Shown here piece after piece: positions 30,001-35,024 of a stretch of 55,220 nucleotides of DNA. Source of the stretch: an uncultured Pseudomonadales bacterium (GTDB lineage Bacteria; Patescibacteriota; Microgenomatia; UBA1400; UBA12108). Location of the stretch: positions 1 through 55,220 of the forward strand of contig CAZCUC010000006.1 in NCBI GenBank assembly GCA_964502225.1, in the 5' to 3' direction. Within the stretch, counting starts at the first letter, position 1. Each line of letters opens with the position of its first letter. The translations under genes and the position numbers were made by a program. The notes beneath the pieces were generated by a model that worked only from the letters and a program-made list of their open reading frames with translations, ran no database searches and was not told the DNA's origin.

Positions 30001-30814
30001 TGGCGAGGATGGTGGTGACAGCGGCTGAGACAGCGTCTTGGCAATTAGTCGTACAACTGGAGCCAGTCGACTTGAGGATCTCTTGGTCACTCATGGCAGA
30101 CACTTGGCTCGCTACCACCTGACTATTACGCGCGGCGGCTGACTGAGTATCTCCGAGAGCTAGGACTCTGAGGCTACCATCGGCTACTTTGGTGGTGCCT
30201 GCGACTGAGCCGTCGGCATAGACATAACCGTAACGTCCGACTTCGGTGCCGTACTGGGCGATGTAGGCGGCAGACTGGGTAGGGGCAGTAGTGGTTGTCG
30301 TAGTGGTAGCTGGGGGAGTTTTGGTTGGGATAACTGCCGGCACTTCGAGACCTGCGGCTTTGATGGCGTTTTTGATGACCTCGATGCTGGCACCTTTGTT
30401 CGACGCAATAATTGCCGCTAGTTGCCCGGCTTTTTCGGCATCGCTACCGATAAAGGCGTTGCTATTGGAGCCTGTCCCGCCTCCAGCATATCCGCCATAT
30501 CTAGCCTGGCGTTCATTGACTCCACCACAAAAACCTCTTTCGTCGTTTGTCGTACACATAATTTCGAGTGGTTTGGGGAGATAGGAATTGAGCCAGTCTT
30601 TGAGTTTGGTGGGCATGGTGGCTACGGGGTGGGAATGAGAGACATTGGCGCGATAAATGCCCCGTTCAAAGACGAGAGCAGGGATCGCGTGGGGGTAGTC
30701 GAGGAGGTGGTTGGTCAAGGGTTTGAGCTGAGTAGGTGCGGCAATTTGTGCCCAAAATAGGCCAAAGATCGCAACAACAGCGGCCATCAAAAATGGCGTC
30801 TTTTGAGAGGTCAT
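15092..30814 (-). CDS. Giant (about 5,240 aa) membrane-anchored multidomain protein: SecA/SF2-like ATPase, 2 minimal kinases, PP2C and 2 HD modules
   Basis: Uninterrupted 15.7-kb frame. Motifs: AVELTTAGGKTMVGA / YYDEAQ / AQEGSRGNRGN (SF2). LGSGSYADVY-VAIKIIKK-WTDIWPTNIMI-VVFIDP (kinase 1). IAVGDGVGNAKD-GLGDSPIFLL-FFATSDGL (PP2C). HGLRHLFEH...VIQDRHDLGY (HD, twice). LGGGAYGDVY-VVVKIAK-WNDIWVGNIIV-VYIDP (kinase 2). Start set at ATG 30814, because the TTG at 30850 is the -35 box. Confidence 0.9.
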   Translation of the reverse strand: MTSQKTPFLMAAVVAIFGLFWAQIAAPTQLKPLTNHLLDYPHAIPALVFERGIYRANVSHSHPVATMPTKLKDWLNSYLPKPLEIMCTTNDERGFCGGVNERQARYGGYAGGGTGSNSNAFIGSDAEKAGQLAAIIASNKGASIEVIKNAIKAAGLEVPAVIPTKTPPATTTTTTTAPTQSAAYIAQYGTEVGRYGYVYADGSVAGTTKVADGSLRVLALGDTQSAAARNSQVVASQVSAMSDQEILKSTGSSCTTNCQDAVSAAVTTILANSAVFDTAVKEEIIANQQQNSQAQEAYQAKIQAFLSPTTDLKALAGCDPAHPGECRDLTAESYLRGLVTDSATLHELLSTRDTNIANYKKDLELVKIFADSSKSNSDIANSICGDDRDCRMNFVREDYLNKLTNKDLASQAKQQLAQNQMVAKYLTTTSAQLSQEYCRGISSDRCKYLLDGGLLKDIGISAEKALELNRQKQANYAISRYELGQTGNITSTAIDTQAIYQTEYLACMTNTQGRGDCEAIANQQTKKKLSQAAPVNYQTEYDLAFKTCRSSPANSIDQCQQYAQKTATKLTNNSQTGATYVPQLEELYLASTCNALGGANCNNVDESLTSLSAYTNDPELTLINIQNQKNKIYQNSMSQERIAFTLQNMDPANYDRLAADPNTDWVAQEAALTELRQDFGTNIVLGWNNFTAGRFKRGNDLLLESANGNGMTRTILSIGMSNATFGLVSADTFGSAMGLENPIDKWGVISGGIIQGGDAAFVVTTAVALPLAPSAGAFLGTGFGIASSTQMIGTATDACTQAPGSEACHTAIAIATISVAGTGLGLANSLVGVAEAGATLSLAQKTIVAGNIGTEFLGAVTFGKMAYEACGENSTSLDCTSGILMAAASFGKLASTNFGLVAKLAQIEGKLGTVALTGGSALQGIHTASAITFGISACSKVFEGPANIDTMSMCAMGISGAVQDPLVAKLTGPKTASTPTLTEIKSPEQIRLEQAKVKVDAARLTLENNKEAVTPQLRENLNKAEIEYARAQELAGTALKPPEIAESPVKPQAPPANEKSSGVLTRLREVFSKPVENPTLTTARQELALREAELTTARERVTGLENNLEKVNSSVRRQMEESLASAREDLALATVKHAEVARQIAALTPPPPPPLLTRLREALFSKKATAPTGVELILDPLFKTSTEKTTFEENLARISREKANQERSILSEESSTRIAQDPAQAKNEANKTLTELASNGQKAEIEKLTLAHEKLANSRELSRLETIAKSNRSAEQKARIKELQAIPELSNRNKLVDEYNLVLDELRTTVLADKQNGLKRMNEVQEALQKLDILTEIRTLEQKIAVEKAKGSTADQTYLTSLEKNILDLSVKKEIVIPAELGLTSEVQQKVTDIIRDTEHRLAIFEDGSRSSRANQIDTFQKLLSGKFTAVELTTAGGKTMVGAMTLKARLEIFGNETGVYLTKEGQQSSIRTQLDKMTAVGDSVIILDVYRLGEPGYVEALLKSKYIVTGPNDVNFLQNNTLDRTHPSYEPSVAILDKMTKNVGTYYDEAQLTLDPNVAGVNQKGNKKVAEASKELAAKEVAEILTKEAILVNGDAYAHQNWDGGKSALADRLLSPDGVALETARFSSEAEVRITNSLRKQNGAEFFNEVSNNRFETIEQLVSRTGKDAAAIEHVLDQISMIDTYAKSLDTGYERAVDSTLKNQAKPGETRYESEVSIPKNGALSEGQTFSGDMYLTMEYVGAIRNGQTPNTVGLSTTSTKAIKSTIMDYVKLVSADARNGQSAVTGTLGGMRGAAETVLGMRIHASSDATVKIVNTADALDGALIKQENTHAVSTTKEGLQLVEDMFGSRKVKGSVKIAHALENMSSTEFAQAIERGRKTAGEPKKTYFAEEKGSVYFEITLDANGKVVRKTETTQQAIQERFQNGEPDLILIIDKGGSTGDSIKTPENVQFIPIFVEGQPTYSIAQEGSRGNRGNTLDMETFSIVIGGTKEPMATSGTAESRLANANHNFDFKTWRTNMEKYEATINKNNATSVMNNLVEAQARQPIVDLVRSTNTKIADWASKTLIDVFFAGKDGRSLSAKDVAQLSIDRRNEIAREGSQKMQDIFKDPANKAILEQISRENPEAFARMQANRDFIKNNPNGFEYAPFGPLEAINSRDSFLLSNDLQSGADAHRKSISPESESKYIASTEGPKTETIAQTPSTSKKATPPVDWSTLEIKRGYSPTTGKFNPIEWLFPSATTKAIKTLKIAIDNGTITQTQAIDRVTALELNPAQKHSIITGALFTTIPSSIDLDGNISPIIHSTPAMPTSIVPVLTIPRAISIQNLVTLPSFTQLIIETDDGDVYTVTQNGIDITPASGVSSHSEFDPNLLPSDFNDIKRISYNGNNLTTNQLTSAGLILDTPTPITDLVELDIFRNLRFELPDGEVVVIESLGGEININHRSAEGTQTSQAYTSDALLELIPPNTTPISIVFNGNTLPVGALTTPSNKEVTPSFITRIITNLSNWIRSPRSEKGAGPNPLLFFLSRSRSLINVIALPDFQTITLPLKSGKVVTFTNLRGVRYMSIATPQSGIRPTQQSITMNEIREWLITNRDNIDLDNIPNSYSVPKRSVLENVNIFLTNLSVDYLASTIANQTPQYTTLSNPSSSTPKSYTALNDAIELTVTEAGYLLKPTGNQPVLTHSFFGVNEIPAEGIVVTEEGYLTILIGDQSYGIYTIDGALRIHNDVTSHQLIFTDHLSRFNQVMQNIETYISNISNSFVFRFAPNDNLKDNVSNIIEDLEGQTHIPNPAINTGNIAKDILLGILKSRYPNLDIKEATMHYVAAFLFNSDNPEVLALESVIRTSGLLYDHFELARYREFTPQTKIEALIGNPAINWTFTNNHTLNLAKIFPSDNKSLMQYLDEGQTVVLVRPDGTRTFFNKERNEYIAITGDRENRHESLNQLSSNHFPTAEELSTASDASPYLISVTTASQDTMLVEPIDLYVTTKQPIAQENRSGFRQWLDRFLGIEVGIIQFPGLTDNLPSGVRKYADSIGVPYSQISYTLTPQSQANPSGPQFYVVSIFKDASKEEEVYKIGIDENGVGWGGGVQINQSKHEVVYDYPLLPRIRYSSEYKPSVSDSNIEIGSKYKANSQDEYEITGHLGSGSYADVYQATHTQTGKTVAIKIIKKIPPETTSMIPNFDSTSYARDAFELTMSEFDFLKSAESRLPGNNHFAKAISTLKSNVDDNIIGYVMEHVDGVTLSEYLNDHSLTQEQIDQIIEFGKTLDEQNIPWTDIWPTNIMINKSGLVVFIDPLPNLNEVGHYIPGTKTLFTVYQNTPNSSIIRDLIKLGIIPTSSTTTKRATPIAEQANIKTTSSYIQKLPAKDVSQDYASDNQETRSIAVGDGVGNAKDSHLGAKTATQLLLRTTSTSNIMSLSQIFSNIFANMQTSKATQFVQTLHDDIVKNYLSKIQPSFRPRTSTGKADLTKLDKNTTISGLSLIEKNGAQYYGGFGLGDSPIFLLRKGTLYLLTTNGVFASDPGYQSLIHPSNYFSYAKNDQAYSQQNIDEKGVVSPYQLGGSTDTATTPYVFFGKAEPGDIFFATSDGLVKNIKDPNILREYLSKTTSTVELFDMINSNQNIFQNDDWSGAMIRIPVNQSTSSDCSSCAVPIQKLVTNGISATTGTDSNRVILELNDHTFNKPHIQKSLEIIAFALKGDITHEPFDYNVALQKINEVRKLLDQVGKDIKGGEETIDISGLDQLHNALQAIAKTLPVNGTVAAKNIQDHYDALDQAETYIIAQLALPTTKKSNFVTKYISGPLFNLQLFLNRSYGDLKRPVGIISDSAQLMLELETRSAALLNSFFRKVGNINFTSNLLSTSIFIQNEEDYLEKTKETAPKLADIYSNPQSSYENHQIAMNAYIEPGRLAKSSNIAEVKQRAYYEADRLLGDYGKRNNASKEALLHDFINLYLGKMEEAIAAGSVKLSGPGSISMQEIQSMLIEEIHLLAYQDYVDTENLLGDHGLRHLFEHNTKVTFDILDKLKAQGKDIKAIDYLAAMVIQDRHDLGYTNPTVREGINTSRFGIDNGHNVLSARYFREQLENNLNHPLSRLFNKEQVAIIHEAILKHDIAPINLASSDIRDLILSAVTIADNTHAFETKLPELLYGYPESLKAMRILKAIGETIPKDDPQYQILIDQTKQALIKSIRDNPDWGPDDKTALILAATQLDPQQWSFNVGRISGNNPTFTLNPDGSFRIEVIGSETHRHITQLFNQQEYLQLAKFIADLTKENKKDVLAKMNANQTEFGNGLITIRVITSQEELTTKKTDYQTAIEKLLTGDTDLQTYNNEDNKLAKDLAYQEALLVTVPDDSSVLLEISTIKAKRRQLFEEYYAQNNQNNTPRESLIPVKVEKPPIKLNKFLYLGIKFAEPITKFIADLPDTVELLPEPYSTIFSFIGDNYEDFIIWIKSINPTLTNLRSGLSTPSLTPIQSSQMSTSERAYVTSRTDAKDLYDIYNNAASSSQKVHQAAMTSYIKPVKIVSTQNMQINDIKQHALIEADRLMDNYQKRNNSVKHALLHDFINLYLGKMEEAIAAGSVKLSGPGSISMQEIQSMLIEEIHLLAYQDYVDTENLLGDHGLRHLFEHNTKVTFDILDKLKAQGKDIKAIDYLAAMVIQDRHDLGYTNPTVREGINTSRFGIDNGHNVLSARYFREQLENNLNHPLSRLFNKEQVAIIHEAILKHDIAPINLASSDIRDLILSAVTIADNTHAFETKLPELLYGYPESLKAMRILKAIGETIPKDDPQYQILIDQTKQALIKSIRDNPDWGPDDKTALILAATQLDPQQWSFNVGRISGNNPTFTLNPDGSFRIEVIGSETHRHITQLFNQQEYLQLAKFIADLTKENKKDVLAKMNANQTEFGNGLITIRVITSQEELTTKKTDYQTAIEKLLTGDTDLQTYNNEDNKLAKDLAYNEAQLIVSTGDESLIANLDAIKKYRRQLLMTYLEKKPLSAISDMIKENKLMLNSGFKPSNIPTFIDIPIITADQVNEKSAIVVDSESNQFTITKHLGGGAYGDVYLATNNLTSKEVVVKIAKNNPEAYNLTIEEFQYLKYIEGKLENSQLQYFANAQSLIHFKESENLVGYVLDYIPGITLEEYLQNNDRLSDSLMQEIINFANILDTKNLPWNDIWVGNIIVTPDNHIVYIDPISPNASIGTSDNRAVTHVYADKNSRTRQFIIPHNSSNLKTLDRIINLRILGK
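15953..17146 (-). repeat. Copy B of a 1,194-bp perfect intragenic direct repeat (HD module)
   Basis: Identical by eye to 17792-18985, offset 1,839 bp. The ORF track shows identical shadow ORFs at 16671-16868 and 18510-18707. Confidence 0.9.
17792..18985 (-). repeat. Copy A of the 1,194-bp perfect intragenic direct repeat (HD module)
   Basis: Encodes the same 398 aa (ALLHDFINLYLG...NEDNKLAKDLAY). The flanks of the two modules are homologous but diverged. Confidence 0.9.
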
Positions 30815-30820
30815 GATACC

Positions 30821-30850
30821 AATGTACACCCCTGGAAAATCGCTTGTCAA
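30821..30850 (-). promoter_or_regulatory. Promoter of the giant ORF: TTGACA-18-TACATT, with the ATG 6 nt after the -10 (leaderless)
   Basis: On the minus strand, ttgaca is at 30850-30845, tacatt at 30826-30821, and the ATG at 30814. Confidence 0.5.
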
Positions 30851-30958
30851 TGCTTATTATTATGGTCTGGACAGTTAGTAGCAGAAGTTGCTAAATTTGC
30901 TTAGAAATTTATAGTTTGATGCACTCATCGAGAGGCGAACGTAGTGTAAAATATAGCT

Positions 30959-32107
30959 ATGAATTTTTGGGATGATTTGTATGCAACTGGGAAACCCGTG
31001 CTTGGCTTGTCCCCGATGGACGGGGTGACGGACGCCGCCATGCGGTATATGACGGCAAAGTATGGGAGACCAAGTAGTAATCCTAAATCTAAAATCTTAA
31101 ATCCTAAAATTGGAGTTGATCTCTTATTTACCGAGTTTGTCAGTGTGGATGCACTCAAACATGCCAAAGAGGAAAAATCGGTCGATCGGGTGATGCGGGC
31201 ATTTATTAAAGCCAGTGATGTAGGACCACTAGAAAATAAACCGTATGAGATAGCTCAGGTTTTTGGTCATACACCAGAGTTGTTTTACCAGGCCGCTGTG
31301 ATGATAGCTACACTTGGGTTTGATGGAATGGATATCAATATGGGTTGTCCAGCCCACAAAGTGGAAGAGCAGGGGAGTGGAGCAGGTCTAATCCGATTCC
31401 CAGTGGTAGCACAAGAGATAGTACGACAATCTAAGCAGGCCATGGTGGACTTTGCTGAGGGGAAGGTCACGATCTATGACCTAGATATTAGTCCCATGAC
31501 CAGAGATTGGGTCAAGTCGCACTCAGGGGGTAAAGTATCTAAGGGGACTTTGCCTGTTTCAGTTAAAACGCGAATCGGAGTCGACAAAATCGTGGTCGAG
31601 GAGTGGATGGAAACACTCATGGAAGTAAAGCCTGCCAATATCAGTTTGCACGGGCGAACCCTAAAACAGCTTTACCAGGGGAGTGCCGACTGGGAAGCAA
31701 TCGGGAGGGCGGCAAAAATAGTCCATAAGCACGGTGGGCACATCTTGGGGAATGGGGATGTGATATCACTCCAAGATGGGATGGATAAAGTGAAGCAGTA
31801 CGGAGTTGATGGGTTTTTGATCGGGCGAGCGGCAGAAGGGAACCCGGCAATATTTTTACAAGGTTCCGTACCTTGTAATGTTTGTGGCGAACAAGGTACG
31901 GAACCTTGTATGCACAAGCGACTATCATGGATGGTTGAGCATGCACAAATCTATGAAAGGGTTTTTGGTCGAGATAACTTTATGCCTATGCGTAAGCACC
32001 TAGCCTGGTATTGTAAAGGGTTTGAGGGGGCGGTGGAGATGCGGACTAAACTGATGCAGACGAACTCGGCGGATGAGGTACAAGAGATTGTTGGGAGATT
32101 TGAGTGA
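30959..32107 (+). CDS. dus: tRNA-dihydrouridine synthase
   Basis: LSPMDGVTDAAMRYM, TEFVS, DGMDINMGCP, SVKTRIG, ISLHGRT and GNGDV motifs. A TAAAAT box (30947-30952) lies 6 nt before the ATG. Confidence 0.88.
   Translation: MNFWDDLYATGKPVLGLSPMDGVTDAAMRYMTAKYGRPSSNPKSKILNPKIGVDLLFTEFVSVDALKHAKEEKSVDRVMRAFIKASDVGPLENKPYEIAQVFGHTPELFYQAAVMIATLGFDGMDINMGCPAHKVEEQGSGAGLIRFPVVAQEIVRQSKQAMVDFAEGKVTIYDLDISPMTRDWVKSHSGGKVSKGTLPVSVKTRIGVDKIVVEEWMETLMEVKPANISLHGRTLKQLYQGSADWEAIGRAAKIVHKHGGHILGNGDVISLQDGMDKVKQYGVDGFLIGRAAEGNPAIFLQGSVPCNVCGEQGTEPCMHKRLSWMVEHAQIYERVFGRDNFMPMRKHLAWYCKGFEGAVEMRTKLMQTNSADEVQEIVGRFE
31078..31115 (+). repeat. AT-rich mini-repeat-like insertion inside dus, in frame
   Basis: Sequence taatcctaaatctaaaatcttaaatcctaaaattggag, translated as SNPKSKILNPKIG. 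It sits between the conserved KYG and DLLFTEFV segments and ends with AAATTGGAG like the other copies. Confidence 0.55.
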
Positions 32108-32108
32108 G

Positions 32109-33767
32109 TTATTCGGTAGTAGCAAGCTGGTAATATTCTTCCTTGTCGATTACGCCTTGTTTGAGGAGGTTCATCATGGCGTAGTTTACACTGGTTGGCC
32201 TCGCAGACGAATAGTATTTAAAGAGAGCAATAAAATCTAGAGATTTAATTTCATGCAATTGTGTTAAATCAAAGGGAATATGTTTGAGCCCAGCGAATGT
32301 AATGATTTTATCGATCGTTGAGATAATGTGAATAAAAGAGTTGCTGACAAGACCAGATGTGATGTAAGTGGCGATAGTTTCGTTGGTGATCTGCATGATA
32401 CGTAAGTCACTAATAGATTCCCATAGTTTGTCTGTGTAATTTTCCCGGTTTAGGGCGAGTGGTGCACGCGCTCCATTCTTTATGATAGTGGTAGTTGAGA
32501 CAACAAATGGCGCCGCGCGGAGTTTGATATCTTGTCCTTCAAGTGGTTCTCGCCTATCTTCGAGTGTCGCAAAATTGGCGTTGAAGGTGATTGGATCGTT
32601 GAGGATCGGGGCAACTTGGTCATAGACAGTTTTGGGAGCAGTCATCACAAAGCTTCCATTGTGTTGGTAGATATTGACTGTGTCTTGTTTGATTTTTAAT
32701 TCATCTAGAAGACGTCTAACCATGCGAACTGTTGCAACCATGTGGTGATCACCTTTGGTATGGCCACCCGTCTTGTTTACGTGTTTCATTAGCACATCGG
32801 CAAAGCGGATGAGATGGATGTCATCGCTATTGGAGATAGCGAAATGAGCATCTAGATCGGCTTGGAGAAGGGCAATCTTGCGGACCTTGAGGTCTTTGGG
32901 GAAAATACCTTCGAGCTCTTTGTTCTGGAGTACCGCGTCCAAGTTTTGGGTGAGCGAGTCTTTGAGGTAATCAATCAGGGGGATAGACGACTCAGAGGGT
33001 CTGACTCCTTTGTTGTCTGCTGCATCTATGCAAGCACCTATGGCTTGCTTGGCGTGGGGGGTGGCTTTGTGATCTGGCACTAACTGTCCATCTGACTTCT
33101 TATAAATTTGGGGTGAGTAGACATGTACCTGGTCGAGGGTAGTATAACGAGAAGTGAAACCTAGTTGTTCGTTGGGATAATATTCCTTCAGTGCCGCTGT
33201 AGCCTTGGAGAAAAAGGGTTCCTTATAATAAGCCAATTTTTTCTCATGGAGGAGCTGATCAAATCTTTTCTGGAGTTCTTGCCTGTTATGGTATTCGGTT
33301 GGGTTCTTGGGGGCGATAAAGGCGACGTCTTCATCCCCTGAGTACTTGCCGAGGACTATTTCTAGATTGAGATCATCGGCCGTCGCCAAGTAGATCTCCA
33401 TGTTGCCCAGAATGATTGCGTCGGCAGTCTGCGGGTTGACCTTTTGATCAATCAGGGCGATCTTGACTCCATCAAAGCTGGCAACGAAGCCGCATGACTC
33501 GAGGTTGTTGAGGAACTGGGTGGGATCTGCTGGGATATTACGTAGACCGTGGAGCATGGATTCTACTCTGGGGAGATGATGGATCTCCTTCTTATTATCA
33601 GGGTTGGGAGTCTTGGCAAAAAAGAACTGGAGGAGATCATCTTGTGACAATGGTACGGGTGGTTCCTGCTTATTTCCCATGACTCTAGAAATATAGTTTT
33701 CAAGATTGGGGAATTTGGTGGGCGAGACATGCTCGTGGTTTTCGAGTCTATTTTTATCAGTGGCCAT
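32109..33767 (-). CDS. Hypothetical 552-aa protein
   Basis: Long clean ORF downstream of, and co-oriented with, the Xis-like HTH gene. No motif recognised. Confidence 0.6.
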   Translation of the reverse strand: MATDKNRLENHEHVSPTKFPNLENYISRVMGNKQEPPVPLSQDDLLQFFFAKTPNPDNKKEIHHLPRVESMLHGLRNIPADPTQFLNNLESCGFVASFDGVKIALIDQKVNPQTADAIILGNMEIYLATADDLNLEIVLGKYSGDEDVAFIAPKNPTEYHNRQELQKRFDQLLHEKKLAYYKEPFFSKATAALKEYYPNEQLGFTSRYTTLDQVHVYSPQIYKKSDGQLVPDHKATPHAKQAIGACIDAADNKGVRPSESSIPLIDYLKDSLTQNLDAVLQNKELEGIFPKDLKVRKIALLQADLDAHFAISNSDDIHLIRFADVLMKHVNKTGGHTKGDHHMVATVRMVRRLLDELKIKQDTVNIYQHNGSFVMTAPKTVYDQVAPILNDPITFNANFATLEDRREPLEGQDIKLRAAPFVVSTTTIIKNGARAPLALNRENYTDKLWESISDLRIMQITNETIATYITSGLVSNSFIHIISTIDKIITFAGLKHIPFDLTQLHEIKSLDFIALFKYYSSARPTSVNYAMMNLLKQGVIDKEEYYQLATTE

Positions 33768-33812
33768 ACAGAGTTTAGTATAGCCTGAGTCGAGGTAGGG
33801 GAGTAGGGTGAA

Positions 33813-34022
33813 TTAGCTTTGGTCTGGGTTGATGCCGAGGAGCCACTGGACTTGTTCTTTTTTGTAGCGACGATCACCGCGAGAGTTGATGCGGATCGCG
33901 GGGAGCTTGCCGCGTTTGCCCCAGCGTTTGAGGGTGAGAGGGGAGACACGTAAGAGATCGGCTACTTCGCGGACTGTGAGGAGGTCAGGGAGGTTTTTGA
34001 GATCAACTTGAGTTTGTGACAT
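33813..34022 (-). CDS. Excisionase/AlpA-type (MerR-superfamily) HTH DNA-binding protein
   Basis: LLTVREVADLLRVSPLTLKRWGKRGKLPAIRINSRGDRRYKKEQV. 69 aa. Confidence 0.7.
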   Translation of the reverse strand: MSQTQVDLKNLPDLLTVREVADLLRVSPLTLKRWGKRGKLPAIRINSRGDRRYKKEQVQWLLGINPDQS

Positions 34023-34626
34023 GGTCTTAGTTTAGTACGTGTCGTGGTGTGTGTCAATAGGATACTATTTGATGATGTATATGATGTGTATTGATCATAC
34101 ATGATATTCAAATGCTATTTGATAAATAGATTGATGTAGTTAGATTGTGCGACCCCATAACTTCGTATTGAGTCTATGCAGTATCAGCAGTAAATGCTGT
34201 TAGAACCCCGACTGCGAAACTGCAAAACTGGATTACTGCTCATACTAGAATTGGACACTACCTGTAGCGTGTAGTTAGTATGGGGAGATGTGGAAAAGTA
34301 TTTAGCTCTGGTTACCAAGAATCTCGGGAAGTTTGGGCTCTAGCTCATGTAGGTATTGATGCATCGCTGACAAATTACTTAAGAGATTTGGATCATAAGC
34401 AATTGAAGCAAGGTATCAGACAAAGTCATTTCCGCGATAGCTTTGCACGTATTTGTTATATTCTTGTCCAACAAAGTCAAAATCGTTGTTGAGCTGTGGG
34501 CGCGAGACTAATGGCTCGGTCATATTTAGACTAATCGGTTGATAAAAATGATTTGGTGAGGTTTAACTCTGGTAGCATCGCTATTATTCGACCTCCATGT
34601 GATTGATGGTTGTGAGTCAACGATAA

Positions 34627-34800
34627 TTATGCTGGATTTGACTGCCCAGTAAGAGCTCCGGGATTGCCATTGGAGATTTGTTGTAGTACATCTGCTCCGC
34701 CTGCACCTGCGCCGATGCCTGTAGTCTGGCTTGCCACTTCAGCTTCTGTTGGTGTTGGTGTTTCGGTTGGTGTTTCGGTTGGTGTTGGTGTTTCTAACAT
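34627..34800 (-). CDS. 57-aa Thr/Pro/Glu-repeat peptide (MLETPTPTETPTETPTPTEAEV...GIGAGAGG...NPA)
   Basis: A strong SD, AAAGGAGAAAT, lies 5 nt upstream of ATG 34800. The first third is encoded by a 12-nt periodic repeat. The track ORF (34881) is trimmed to this start. Confidence 0.55.
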   Translation of the reverse strand: MLETPTPTETPTETPTPTEAEVASQTTGIGAGAGGADVLQQISNGNPGALTGQSNPA

Positions 34801-35024
34801 ATTTCTCCTTTTTCTATCTAATAATATTAGATTACCATAATCCTGACATGGCTTGCAACTGGGCAGGGGTAAGCGCGGCAATTATTCTTCCTTTAAATCA
34901 GTGGAGAGGTAGGAGATATCTACTTTTTATATAGTCATAGATCAATTATTGTACTCTGAGACTAAATGGATGCTTGATGGGGTATTTGACAGTGGGAGTC
35001 AAGTTGACAGTCTGCCGTTGTTGC

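Noticed and set aside
15152-30760. Dozens of 60-190-aa ORFs on the plus strand or in other minus frames within the giant gene (for example 28008-28580, 28416-28856, 24796-25317, 24929-25351)
   Set aside because: All are nested in one continuous 15.7-kb frame with coherent domain motifs. Their translations are low-complexity. The identical pair 16671-16868 / 18510-18707 only reflects the DNA duplication.
34280-34492. 70-aa plus-strand ORF in the AT-rich spacer. I also traced an apparent minus-strand ORF starting at 34524.
   Set aside because: There is no SD or promoter context. On careful re-reading, the minus-strand frame terminates after 15 codons. I treat the region as non-coding or regulatory.
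34700-34800. Short periodic DNA repeat (ggtgtttcggtt units) that could be mistaken for a CRISPR or other array
   Set aside because: The period is only 12 nt with no spacers. It lies in frame inside the SD-led 57-aa ORF and encodes (ETPT)n. No CRISPR-like repeat-spacer array was seen anywhere in the window.
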